A DNA stretch of 64,000 bases from an uncultured Syntrophomonadaceae bacterium (GCA_964485855.1 CAZAKI010000006.1:3995-67994), one strand, 5' to 3'. Counted from the stretch's first letter, positions 9,513 through 18,951 are shown. A program made the numbers and translations. Notes: generated by a model not told the origin, from the sequence alone.

Positions 9513-12500
9513 GTGCTGATGAACGAACTGTATTTACTTTCTGTTGATAACTGGCTGCAGAGCCTCGAGCTGGCGGCAGCTGTTTTAGCTGATCGGAAGA
9601 GGGACGCTTTCTTTTTGGATCCGGAAAGCGAAGAAGAGGAGCGAGAAGCGCTTCTCCTGCTGGCCAGCCGTTTGCCGCTTCGGGTTTTCAATTTAACCGA
9701 AAGTGTAAAAGTCGACCGGATTGCGGCTGCCGCAGAGGTGAAAATAGAGGCAGATCCTCTTTCCGGTCACCACACTATTGATGGTTGCGCGGCCTATTTT
9801 GGGAGACCGGCAGGGATCTGCTCTGCAGCTGCTAATGCACCGGCTGATTGCCTGAAGGCAGCAATGCTGGCGGTTCGCCTCGGTTACTATTTTGTAGCCT
9901 TGCCTGTTGAAAACCGGATCGAACTGCTTAACTACGAAGAAATACCCCTGGTTTGGTACGGGTTACTAGAGGCCTTAGCGCCAACAGGGATCAATCCTGA
10001 AAGGAAAAACTTAACTATTATTCAGGATGATTTCCGGCTGCTTCGATTTTTTGAATCTGCCGGCCTCTCCTCGGACTACCTGGTTGTCTATAATTCCGCG
10101 GATCTACTGTATAAAACCTTAAGAGGCGATGCTTTACGCGATCTTTGGGTTCGAGGTTTAAGTCTACATCTTTTATCGCTTGCTTCGTACCGCCCGGTCT
10201 TTCCCTTTGATGTCCAGAGTGAAAAGCCGGATCCGGTAATAATTGAGGACAATCTGCACCGGACAGTTCATCTGGTTGGCCTTAACCCTCGTTTTCAGGT
10301 AGTGCTGGCTTCTCCGGCGGTAGTGCCTTTTTTCTATGAAGAAAAAAAGGCGATTGGTGCTGTTACCGAGGAGATGGTCAGGGATATTCACCTGCGTCTG
10401 AATGCAGATGTTTTTTTTGATCTGGCAGAAGGGCGTTTGATGCAAAACAGCAGTGGAGGAATTTCAGCCCAACTAATCAGCACAAAAAGATATGATCAAA
10501 TCCAAAAGAATTTAAAGCGCGGGGGACGTGACGTTCTAATCGTTGCCACTCCACATGTTGAAACAGGGATTATATTTTCCACCGATGATGCGCTGATTGA
10601 TACACAGCTGGTGCCGCTGTTGGAAGACGCCGGTTTTGCTATCAACCAGCTCCGGGATCGTGACGCCGGTTACCGGCAAGTGGCTGCGGCGCTTAAAGAT
10701 GCCGACTACTTTCTCTACACCGGCCACGGAGGGCCGGAAGGATTGCATACTCACGGCAGGACGCTAAACAGAAGTGATTTACCACTGATGCCGCCCCTGG
10801 TGGCTTACGCTTCGGCTTGTTCCACGGTTGGCCTGGTTCCTCACTGGTTTTCACCTGACGAAGGGTTAACCTGGCAAGGAGTTAAGGTTGATTCGCGCCA
10901 GGTAATCGGGATTTCTTTTGTCGAAAAAGGGGCGATCTGTTTTATTGGCGGGGCCACAATCGAAGATTTACAGTACACAACTTCTACCTATAGCGTATTC
11001 ATGGAAGCTCTGTTGCTAAAGGGCTTAAGCGTAGGCGAAGCGGTCCGGGAGATGCGCCATGTGATCAGTCTTTATGCGGCAACCCTCCTGCAGAAAAATC
11101 CCGAGGCCTACCGCAAATATCGCTGGGGAACAGCCAATGCTATCCACCAGCAGGTTTTACTGGGTGACCCGGCTTTTGCTCCGGCTGTAAAGCAGTATTC
11201 TGATGCTGCCTTGCCTGTAATACTGGCCGGAGAAGCACCTTTGCAAACCCTTACCATTGAGATCCCCGAAGATCGTTGGCAGCGCGGGGCAGCTGCTGTC
11301 CACAAGCTGGAAGCTTCAAAGTACTATTACCGCTGTCGCAATGTTGAGGTTATTACTCCCTACGGTGAAGATATCTTCAGCTGGGGCGACTATTATCGAG
11401 TGGCACCTGATGCCCGTAATATTAGCGAGTGGGCCGTAAAGTCCACCTTTTTACACCTGACCCATCTTCTGCCGCCGGGAATGGTGCCGCAGAAGCTGAC
11501 TTTGATAGCTGTCGAGACCGGGAAGAGTGAATGTTTGCTCTGTGGGGAAGATGTTGACCAGTGCCAACCACCCCTTGAAGCGATGCAGAAATTTAAACTA
11601 CCTTACCTTCTGCAACCCCCTATCGAACTGAATATGAATGAAGGATGGGCTTTTTGCACAGAAGATCTGGGTGGCGCAGTTCGGATGCGCTGGCTGGTAC
11701 CGCTCTTATTAATCGACGATCAGAACCGCAGTGCCTTTCCCCTGAAAAAGTTTGTCTTTCAGATCGAATCTATCCCGGCTGTCAAGCTCAGCGGCAAGAT
11801 TACTAATGCAGAGCTTGCTTCTTCGTACTTGGTGTGTGCCGGGTATCAGGGTGAGAATAGAACTGAGCAAGATTTCCGGGGGCAGCCTTTTAACATGACT
11901 GCTGCTGTCCTCAGCGGTAGGGATGGCTCATTTTCCATCGACTGTGCTCCCGGTTCGGCGCTCACTGTTCGGGGGCAGTTCCCCTTATATCATCTGCTGG
12001 AGAACTATCAACCTTTTGCAACAACATTTTGCCGGCCTGCAGCGGAAAAACCTGTGACGATCGAGTTGAAGGCGTCGCAGCTGATTGACTTCAGGGGTTT
12101 TATCTATGATTCAATTAGTGGAGAGCCGCTGGCCGGTGTATTGATCAGGGTATTTCGTGGTGAACATGACCCGGTAGGGGATCTCCTCATTGAAGCATTT
12201 GCCGGGGAAGCGGTCACTGGCCAAAAAGGCGATTTTATGATCAAGCTGCCGGCAGGCGGCTACCTGGTTTATGCCGCGGCTGCATCCGAAAACAGGTATT
12301 ACAAGTCAGCCGAATGGGTCTTGAAACTGCGTGATGGAGAGAAAGGCAATCGGATTTATGCTCTTGATCAGGCCGGGATCGTTAAGGGCAGGGTCACCTT
12401 CGTCGGGTACCAACCTCCGGATCCGCCACTGGTTGCCCTAAAAAGGTATCCAAAAATAGAAGGTGCAGCTCCTCTGACCAAGGTTCCCGTTGATCGCAAC

Positions 12501-12665
12501 GGTAGTTACCAGTGTTTGGTCAGTTACCAGGATCGCTTCCAAATTGTTCTGGAAGAGGAAGGGTATAAATATATTTATGATGATAATGACGGAAAGGGAT
12601 ACAGGCTGGAACCGCAGCAGATTCTTGAACGCGATTACTGTCTGTTATCGGATGAAGATAGTTAA
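9513..12665 (+). CDS. Large clan-CD cysteine peptidase (C25 gingipain-like) with C-terminal carboxypeptidase-regulatory-like beta domains
   Basis: YTGHGG (His405) and YASACSTVG (Cys436) dyad; later 'GAICFIGG' and 'LLGDPA' motifs; C-terminal 'GFIYDSISGEPLAGVLIRV' repeat type; no signal peptide. Confidence 0.7.
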   Translation: MLMNELYLLSVDNWLQSLELAAAVLADRKRDAFFLDPESEEEEREALLLLASRLPLRVFNLTESVKVDRIAAAAEVKIEADPLSGHHTIDGCAAYFGRPAGICSAAANAPADCLKAAMLAVRLGYYFVALPVENRIELLNYEEIPLVWYGLLEALAPTGINPERKNLTIIQDDFRLLRFFESAGLSSDYLVVYNSADLLYKTLRGDALRDLWVRGLSLHLLSLASYRPVFPFDVQSEKPDPVIIEDNLHRTVHLVGLNPRFQVVLASPAVVPFFYEEKKAIGAVTEEMVRDIHLRLNADVFFDLAEGRLMQNSSGGISAQLISTKRYDQIQKNLKRGGRDVLIVATPHVETGIIFSTDDALIDTQLVPLLEDAGFAINQLRDRDAGYRQVAAALKDADYFLYTGHGGPEGLHTHGRTLNRSDLPLMPPLVAYASACSTVGLVPHWFSPDEGLTWQGVKVDSRQVIGISFVEKGAICFIGGATIEDLQYTTSTYSVFMEALLLKGLSVGEAVREMRHVISLYAATLLQKNPEAYRKYRWGTANAIHQQVLLGDPAFAPAVKQYSDAALPVILAGEAPLQTLTIEIPEDRWQRGAAAVHKLEASKYYYRCRNVEVITPYGEDIFSWGDYYRVAPDARNISEWAVKSTFLHLTHLLPPGMVPQKLTLIAVETGKSECLLCGEDVDQCQPPLEAMQKFKLPYLLQPPIELNMNEGWAFCTEDLGGAVRMRWLVPLLLIDDQNRSAFPLKKFVFQIESIPAVKLSGKITNAELASSYLVCAGYQGENRTEQDFRGQPFNMTAAVLSGRDGSFSIDCAPGSALTVRGQFPLYHLLENYQPFATTFCRPAAEKPVTIELKASQLIDFRGFIYDSISGEPLAGVLIRVFRGEHDPVGDLLIEAFAGEAVTGQKGDFMIKLPAGGYLVYAAAASENRYYKSAEWVLKLRDGEKGNRIYALDQAGIVKGRVTFVGYQPPDPPLVALKRYPKIEGAAPLTKVPVDRNGSYQCLVSYQDRFQIVLEEEGYKYIYDDNDGKGYRLEPQQILERDYCLLSDEDS

Positions 12666-12685
12666 GAGCTGACAGGGGTAATAAT

Positions 12686-13720
12686 ATGCACGAGATTCTG
12701 ATGATCAAAGCAAAGGGCAGCAACTATGATATCGGCTATAAAGTTGGCAGGGCTGCAAGCAGCTTGATCGAAAGATCGATTAGAAGTTACCGGCAGATCC
12801 TTCCCCGGGAAGAAGGATGGAGCGGAAAGTGGGTGGTTCCGGAAGGATGTCTGGAGGCGGCTCGAGAGAAGTTTCCACACCTGCTTGAAGAACTGCAGGG
12901 AATGGCGGAGGGCTCCGGCCAAAGTTTTAGTGATCTATTTTTTCTTAACTCCTTGGAAGAAGTACTCGATCTAAAATCCCCGACAGCCTGCACCTCTCTT
13001 GGTTTGGAAGCTAACGGTGAAGTTTGGCTAGGGCACAATGAGGATTGGTATGCTGAAGATGCCGATACAGTGATCGCTATTTATGGTCAGCCAAATAATC
13101 TACCGTCTTTCATCAGTATAACTGCTGCTCCTTTTCTTGCTGCAGTGGGCATGAATGAGGCCGGTCTGGCCCAGGGAGTAAACTCGGTTACTGCAACTGA
13201 CTATCAAGTGGGAGTGCCACGGATGCTTGCTGCGCGAGCAGTTCTGGAAGCTACGACGATCAGAGAGGCAATTGATAAGGCTACCCCACACAACAGGGCG
13301 GGTGGTTACAATCACCTGCTGGTGAGTACCAAGAAAGAACTTGGCAACTTAGAAACTACAGCTACCGAGTCTGATTATTTGCCGGGTGCAAAGCTAATTT
13401 ACCATACCAATCATTATCTTAGTCCGCGCTTGCAGCGCCTGGCAAAAATGGGATCAAATCATTCTCTGACTCGTTACAGGAGATTGACCGAGCTGGAACG
13501 AATAGATCAGAGAGTTACCAATCGGGTAACCTGCAGGGAAAGGCTGATTAGTTATTTAAGCGATCATGGAAACAGGCCATTATCAATCTGCAAGCACGCT
13601 TGTGAACAAATGGGTAACGAGGGGACTATTTTTTCTGCTATTTTTGAGCCTGGTTCTTTTAATGCATGGATTGCTGTCGGTAATCCCTGTGATAACAAAT
13701 ACAAAGAATTAAAAATATAA
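12686..13720 (+). CDS. Peptidase C45 family autoproteolytic Ntn hydrolase/acyltransferase
   Basis: A|CTS cleavage site (Cys102), GHNEDW, GMNEAGLAQGVNS, HTNHYL. Confidence 0.9.
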   Translation: MHEILMIKAKGSNYDIGYKVGRAASSLIERSIRSYRQILPREEGWSGKWVVPEGCLEAAREKFPHLLEELQGMAEGSGQSFSDLFFLNSLEEVLDLKSPTACTSLGLEANGEVWLGHNEDWYAEDADTVIAIYGQPNNLPSFISITAAPFLAAVGMNEAGLAQGVNSVTATDYQVGVPRMLAARAVLEATTIREAIDKATPHNRAGGYNHLLVSTKKELGNLETTATESDYLPGAKLIYHTNHYLSPRLQRLAKMGSNHSLTRYRRLTELERIDQRVTNRVTCRERLISYLSDHGNRPLSICKHACEQMGNEGTIFSAIFEPGSFNAWIAVGNPCDNKYKELKI

Positions 13721-13738
13721 AGAGTTGGTGATGAAATC

Positions 13739-14902
13739 ATGACAGATTACAGTGTTGTTCACCAAAAAGTCGAAGCGGAAAAAGATAAGCTGGTGGAAAT
13801 TGCCCGCGCAATCCATGGCAGGCCGGAACTTGGAGGTCAGGAATTTTTTGCTGTAGAGCAGATTACTGCTTATCTCGAGGGACAGGGTTTTAAAATCTGG
13901 CGAGGAGTGGGCGGCTTGAAAACAGCATTCATGGCCAGCTATGGTGAAACCGGTTACCATGTCGGATTCTGTTCCGAGTATGATGCTTTACCTGAGATCG
14001 GCCATGGCTGCGGTCATAACCTGATCGGTCTAGCCGGGGTAACTGCCGGGGTGGCGCTGGCTGCTGCCTTACATGATCAGCCCGGTCGGGTCTCGATTAT
14101 TGGTACTCCTGACGAAGAAGATCATGGCGGTAAAGTCGATCTGGTCAGAGCTGGTGTATTCGATGATATCGATGCGGCAATGATGTTTCACCCCGGTTGT
14201 TCGACCAGTTTTCTGATCGAATCGCTGGCCTGCCGGGATTACCGTTTTATTTTTCACGGCCGTAGCGCCCATGCTTCCAGCGAGCCCTGGGAAGGACAGA
14301 ACGCCCTTGATGCCGTAATTCAGACTTTTAATAGCATTAATGCCTTGCGCCAGCATTTGAAAGACGACGTCCGCATTCACGGCATTGTCTCCGAAGGCGG
14401 CCTGGCAGCCAATGTTGTACCGGATCGGGCAGCGGCAGACTTTATCATCAGATCGCGCGACAGTCTTTATCTTGGTGAAGTAATTGAGAAAGTGGTTGCC
14501 TGTGCCCGCGGGGCGGCAATTGCGACCGGTACCAATCTTGAAGTTACTGAATCCGGTTATCCTTATGATGCGATGATCAGTAACCATACACTGGCTGATC
14601 TTTTTGCTGAGAGTTTAGGGCAAACCGGCTATGCCATTGAATCACCGCACGAGGAAGGGCGGGGCTCAATTGATATGGGTAATGTCAGTAGAGTCACCCC
14701 ATCAATTCACCCGATTGTAGCAATTACTAACCAGTGGGTTACAGGTCATACCCGGGAGTTTACTGCACTCTGTGATTCCGATCAAGCTTATGAAGTGATG
14801 CTCCAGGTAGGAGAAGCCATGGCACTGACCGGTCTTAAAGTGATCAAGGATCAGACCCTGCAGCTTAAGATCAGAACTGAATTTGAACAGCAATCAGTCT
14901 AG
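13739..14902 (+). CDS. M20 family amidohydrolase (M20D/ACY1L2-like)
   Basis: PELGGQE, EYDALPEIGHGCGHN, GTPDEE, HGRSAHAS, GSIDMGNVS, HP. Confidence 0.92.
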   Translation: MTDYSVVHQKVEAEKDKLVEIARAIHGRPELGGQEFFAVEQITAYLEGQGFKIWRGVGGLKTAFMASYGETGYHVGFCSEYDALPEIGHGCGHNLIGLAGVTAGVALAAALHDQPGRVSIIGTPDEEDHGGKVDLVRAGVFDDIDAAMMFHPGCSTSFLIESLACRDYRFIFHGRSAHASSEPWEGQNALDAVIQTFNSINALRQHLKDDVRIHGIVSEGGLAANVVPDRAAADFIIRSRDSLYLGEVIEKVVACARGAAIATGTNLEVTESGYPYDAMISNHTLADLFAESLGQTGYAIESPHEEGRGSIDMGNVSRVTPSIHPIVAITNQWVTGHTREFTALCDSDQAYEVMLQVGEAMALTGLKVIKDQTLQLKIRTEFEQQSV

Positions 14903-14919
14903 ACACCAGCTAATCAGCT

Positions 14920-14946
14920 ACACTGTGTATCAAGTTATCAAGTTAT
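14920..14946. repeat. 27-bp element, copy 1 (exact inverted copy at 18781-18807)
   Basis: ACACTGTGTATCAAGTTATCAAGTTAT; contains tandem TATCAAGT units. Confidence 0.9.
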
Positions 14947-14969
14947 AGGTAATTGGAGGAGGTGAGCAG

Positions 14970-15953
14970 ATGCCGGAAACTGTTGTAGAAAAAATTCGTG
15001 ATGATTTATTTCGAGCCGAGATCCCCCTGCCCCGCAACCCCCTGAAGGCAACCAATTCCTATATTATTAAAAGTAATAAGCGCAACCTGGTGATTGACAC
15101 TGGGATGAACAGGGATGAATGTAAAAATGCCCTGATCGATGCATTTCGTCAGCTTGAGATTGATCTTGAACGAACTGATTTTTTTATCACCCACCTTCAT
15201 GCCGATCATGTCGGCCTGGTGGATGTATTTGCTGCCAGGGATGCGGTAATCTATTTTAATGAACCCGATGCTGCAATTCTTAACCGGTCTGATCTCTGGC
15301 AACTGGTTCAATCACTGGCCGGAAAACACGGGTTTCCGGAAAGCCTGGTTAACGCGGCAATTGATTCTCACCCTGGCCAGCGCTACAGCCCGAAAAGTTC
15401 GGTTGAGTTCACGCTAGTCAAAGATGGTGACAGCCTGTTATATGGAGATTATGAGCTGCAATTGGTTGCTACGCCCGGCCATACAAGCGGTCATACCTGT
15501 TTGTATGAACCTTGCCAGAAAATACTTTTTTCCGGTGACCATATCCTTGGTGATATCACCCCCAATATTTCTACCTGGCTTGAAGCCGGTAATCCCTTGC
15601 AGGAATATTTTATCAGCCTTGACCGAATTTATGAAATGGACATAAGCTTGGTGCTTCCGGGCCACCGCAGCATTATTCACAACTGTAGGCAAAGAATAGA
15701 TCAGTTGAAGGAACATCATTGTAAAAGGCTGGAAGAAGTATTGCAGATACTTGGACGGATCGGCGAAGGTTCTGCTTTTGAAGTGGCATCCAGGATGACC
15801 TGGGATATTATTGCTGCAAGCTGGGATGATTTTCCTCTAATGCAAAAATGGTTTGCCACCGGAGAGGCTCTGGCTCATATTCACTATTTGGAACAGCAGA
15901 ACAAGCTAAAACGGAACAAGGCTGGCGAAACACTGCTATTTTCTCTCGCTTAA
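14970..15953 (+). CDS. MBL-fold metallo-hydrolase with C-terminal winged-helix-like extension
   Basis: THLHADH, PGHTSGH, FSGDHIL, LPGH motifs. Confidence 0.92.
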   Translation: MPETVVEKIRDDLFRAEIPLPRNPLKATNSYIIKSNKRNLVIDTGMNRDECKNALIDAFRQLEIDLERTDFFITHLHADHVGLVDVFAARDAVIYFNEPDAAILNRSDLWQLVQSLAGKHGFPESLVNAAIDSHPGQRYSPKSSVEFTLVKDGDSLLYGDYELQLVATPGHTSGHTCLYEPCQKILFSGDHILGDITPNISTWLEAGNPLQEYFISLDRIYEMDISLVLPGHRSIIHNCRQRIDQLKEHHCKRLEEVLQILGRIGEGSAFEVASRMTWDIIAASWDDFPLMQKWFATGEALAHIHYLEQQNKLKRNKAGETLLFSLA

Positions 15954-15990
15954 TATAAAGCATAGCGATTTGTTATCCAAAGAGGAGGTT

Positions 15991-17493
15991 ATGAAAATCG
16001 GCCGCTATATACTTTCAATTGACCAAGGCACAACCGGTACCACCGCTATTCTTTGGAATCAGGATGGTATCGCTGTAGCCCGAATCAACCGGGAACATAA
16101 ACAATTTTACCCTCAGCCAGGTTGGGTAGAGCACGATGCCGAAGAAATTTGGAGAAATGTTCTGCTCTCGGCTTCAGAAGTACTGGTTCAGGCCGGAACC
16201 GGGGCCGGTGATGTTGCGGCAATCGGGATAACCAACCAGCGGGAGACAGTTGTTTTCTGGGACCGGAATACTGGTTTTCCTTTGACTCGAGCCATTGTTT
16301 GGCAATGCCGACGCACTGCTGATTTATGTCGTCAACTAAAGGGTGATGGTTTTGAAGAGCAGGTGCGGCAGAAAACAGGCTTGCTGCTTGATCCTTATTT
16401 TTCCGGGTCGAAAATTCGTTGGGCCCTGGAAAATGTTAGCGCAGTAAGCAAGGCGGCAGCTGACGGCACACTCTGCTGTGGGACGATTGATAGCTATTTG
16501 CTTTTTCGCCTGACCGGAGGACAAGTTTTTGCTACCGATTACAGCAATGCTTCCCGGACCCTGCTTTTTAATATTCATAATCTTAAGTGGGATCAGGATT
16601 TGCTAAATCTTTTTAGTGTTCCACAGGCAGCCTTACCCCGGGTGATGGCTAACAGCACAATCTATGGCAATACAGTTCCGGAACTCTTTTCCGGCATAAA
16701 AATTCCGATTGGCGGCATTGCCGGTGATCAACAGGCAGCGCTCTTCGGACAGGCCTGTTACGAGCCTGGGATGACTAAAAACACTTACGGTACTGGTTGC
16801 TTTCTGCTAATGAATACCGGTGAAAATGTGGTTATCTCGAAACATGGTTTGCTGACCACTATCGCCTGGGGCCTTGGTGATAAAGTTGAATATGCGCTCG
16901 AAGGCAGCATTTTTATTACCGGTGCCGCTGTCCAATGGTTGCGCGATGGCTTAGGTCTGATCAGCCAGGCAGCTGAGCTGGAAGGATTGGCTGCTCAAGT
17001 TGAAGATAGCGGTGGCGTTTACCTGGTACCGGCTTTTGCCGGGCTTGGCGCCCCGCATTGGGATCCCTATGCCCGTGGTTTAATCATCGGGATTACTGGT
17101 GGTACAACCAGGGCCCATATCGGCAGGTCAGTTATTGAGGCCATGGCCTATCAGACCCGTGATGTTCTTGAGATCATGCACCGTGATGCTAAACTACCGG
17201 TTAAAGAGCTACGAGTTGACGGTGGAGCCAGTGTTATGGATCTGCTGCTACAATTCCAGGCGGATATAACCTCGACACCGGTACGCCGTTCGGCAACCTT
17301 TGATACGACGGCCCTCGGAGCTGCTTACCTGGCCGGTCTGGCTTGTGGGCTTTGGAAAGACAAAGAGGAATTAAGTGAAAAATGGCGGGGTAGTGCCTAT
17401 TTCGAACCGCAAATGAGCCAGGAAAAACGGCAGGAACTTTATGCAGGCTGGAGCTCTGCAGTCAAACGTTCCTTAGGCTGGGCTGAAAAATGA
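15991..17493 (+). CDS. glpK: Glycerol kinase
   Basis: IDQGTTGT, GITNQRET, DPYFSGSK, GDQQAALFGQ, KNTYGTGCF, VDGGAS. Start ATG 15991 after GGAGG. Confidence 0.95.
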   Translation: MKIGRYILSIDQGTTGTTAILWNQDGIAVARINREHKQFYPQPGWVEHDAEEIWRNVLLSASEVLVQAGTGAGDVAAIGITNQRETVVFWDRNTGFPLTRAIVWQCRRTADLCRQLKGDGFEEQVRQKTGLLLDPYFSGSKIRWALENVSAVSKAAADGTLCCGTIDSYLLFRLTGGQVFATDYSNASRTLLFNIHNLKWDQDLLNLFSVPQAALPRVMANSTIYGNTVPELFSGIKIPIGGIAGDQQAALFGQACYEPGMTKNTYGTGCFLLMNTGENVVISKHGLLTTIAWGLGDKVEYALEGSIFITGAAVQWLRDGLGLISQAAELEGLAAQVEDSGGVYLVPAFAGLGAPHWDPYARGLIIGITGGTTRAHIGRSVIEAMAYQTRDVLEIMHRDAKLPVKELRVDGGASVMDLLLQFQADITSTPVRRSATFDTTALGAAYLAGLACGLWKDKEELSEKWRGSAYFEPQMSQEKRQELYAGWSSAVKRSLGWAEK

Positions 17494-17498
17494 TAACC

Positions 17499-18134
17499 TT
17501 ATGTTTCCGGGGTAGTCTTAGTTTTCGGCATCAACTGGGTCCCAGCTTCGCCACAACTGCCCGGTGAAAAAAGTCCTCCGGAGATGATCACTTTCATTCC
17601 TTCTTCCACGGTCATTTTAAGTTCGATCACCTCATGCCTTGGAGCTAAAACCAGCATTCCGGATGTTGGATTTGGAGTGGTCGGTACAAAAATATTTAAA
17701 GTTTCTTCTGCGGTTTTTTCCTGGATTTCACCCCGGGACTGCCCGGTAACGAAACCGATTACATAAAGACCATGGCGTGGGTATTCTAAAAGCACTACTT
17801 TTTGAAAAGCATTTTTACCCTGTACCGTGAAAGCATCGATGATTTGCTTTGCGCTTGTATAGATGCTTCGTGATATCGGAACGCGTTGAAATAGGCGGTC
17901 AAAAAAACCAATCAGCCGGTTGCCGATGATATTCGTTGCAATGAAACCAATGAGCATGATCAGGAGCAATCCGGCAACAAAGCCAATTCCTGGTAGGCGG
18001 TAATTAAAGATTGTCTCGATCAAGTCACCAACCAGGTTGTCCAGGAAATTAAAAATAACGTAAAAGAAATAAACAGTTACAGCCAGTGGTAAAATCGTTA
18101 ACAAACCGGTAGTAAAGATCGTTTTTAGTCTCAT
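17499..18134 (-). CDS. DUF502 domain membrane protein
   Basis: F.TGLL.ILPL, Q.VVLLEYPR.G, VPTTPNPTSG, GMK.IISGG. Confidence 0.92.
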   Translation of the reverse strand: MRLKTIFTTGLLTILPLAVTVYFFYVIFNFLDNLVGDLIETIFNYRLPGIGFVAGLLLIMLIGFIATNIIGNRLIGFFDRLFQRVPISRSIYTSAKQIIDAFTVQGKNAFQKVVLLEYPRHGLYVIGFVTGQSRGEIQEKTAEETLNIFVPTTPNPTSGMLVLAPRHEVIELKMTVEEGMKVIISGGLFSPGSCGEAGTQLMPKTKTTPET

Positions 18135-18230
18135 TGATCAACATTCTCCTTCAGCATCAATTTGCTGCAATCAATTAATTTTACCAGCAGGTAATGTGCT
18201 GTCAACCGAGCACAGGTGGAGGTGGTTTTT

Positions 18231-18761
18231 ATGGGCAAGAATCTAAACAGAATCGGCATTATTCTCAGTCCTGTCTTGCTAATTTTGTTCCTAATAATAG
18301 CGGTGACTCTTGAAGGTTGCGGTTTAGACCTGGATTCGGAATCAGGTCTTCCCACCTATCCAGTGTTTATTAAGCAAAAAGAATTTCAACTGGAGCTGGC
18401 TTTAACTCCCGAGCATCGTGCCACCGGGTTGATGGGCAGGACAGAAATTGCTGCAAATGAAGGGATGCTTTTTGTTTTTCCGGGACAGGAGCCTTATCCT
18501 ACTGAACTAAATTTCTGGATGAAAGATTGCTTAGTGCCGATTGATCTTCTGTTTCTCGATCCGGCAGGAAAGATTATAGCAATCCATAAGATGAAACCGC
18601 AACCGCCGGATACCCCTGATCGGGAGCTGATTAGTTATTCGAGCAATGCTCCGGCCCAGTATGCGATTGAACTGCAAGGTGGCCGTGCTGCGGAACTCGG
18701 CTTACAGACAGGCGATGTGATTGAGCTAAATTTTACGGAACTATTGTCCCTGGCAGAGTAG
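18231..18761 (+). CDS. DUF192 domain protein (exported, possible lipoprotein)
   Basis: ELALTPE.RATGLM.R, GMLFVF, FWMKD..PIDLLF, YAIEL.GG. Start ATG 18231 after GGAGG. Confidence 0.9.
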   Translation: MGKNLNRIGIILSPVLLILFLIIAVTLEGCGLDLDSESGLPTYPVFIKQKEFQLELALTPEHRATGLMGRTEIAANEGMLFVFPGQEPYPTELNFWMKDCLVPIDLLFLDPAGKIIAIHKMKPQPPDTPDRELISYSSNAPAQYAIELQGGRAAELGLQTGDVIELNFTELLSLAE

Positions 18762-18780
18762 GGTCTAGCGGGCGAAGAGA

Positions 18781-18807
18781 ATAACTTGATAACTTGATAC
18801 ACAGTGT
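18781..18807. repeat. 27-bp element, copy 2 (reverse complement of 14920-14946)
   Basis: ATAACTTGATAACTTGATACACAGTGT, 24 nt beyond the tRNA-Gln 3' end. Confidence 0.9.
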
Positions 18808-18830
18808 TGGTTTAAAAGGAGGCATAAAAA

Positions 18831-18905
18831 TGGCTGGGGCGGTAGGATTCGAACCTACGCATGCGGGATCCAAAGTCCCGTGCCTTACCGCTTGGCCACA
18901 CCCCA
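18831..18905 (-). tRNA. tRNA-Gln (TTG)
   Basis: Minus strand TGGGGTG...GGGAC-TTTGGAT-CCCG...GGTTCGAATCC...CCA; cloverleaf with encoded CCA. Confidence 0.97.
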
Positions 18906-18951
18906 GCATTGACAAAGTATTTTAACTGAAATTAAATTAATAGTTTAAAGA

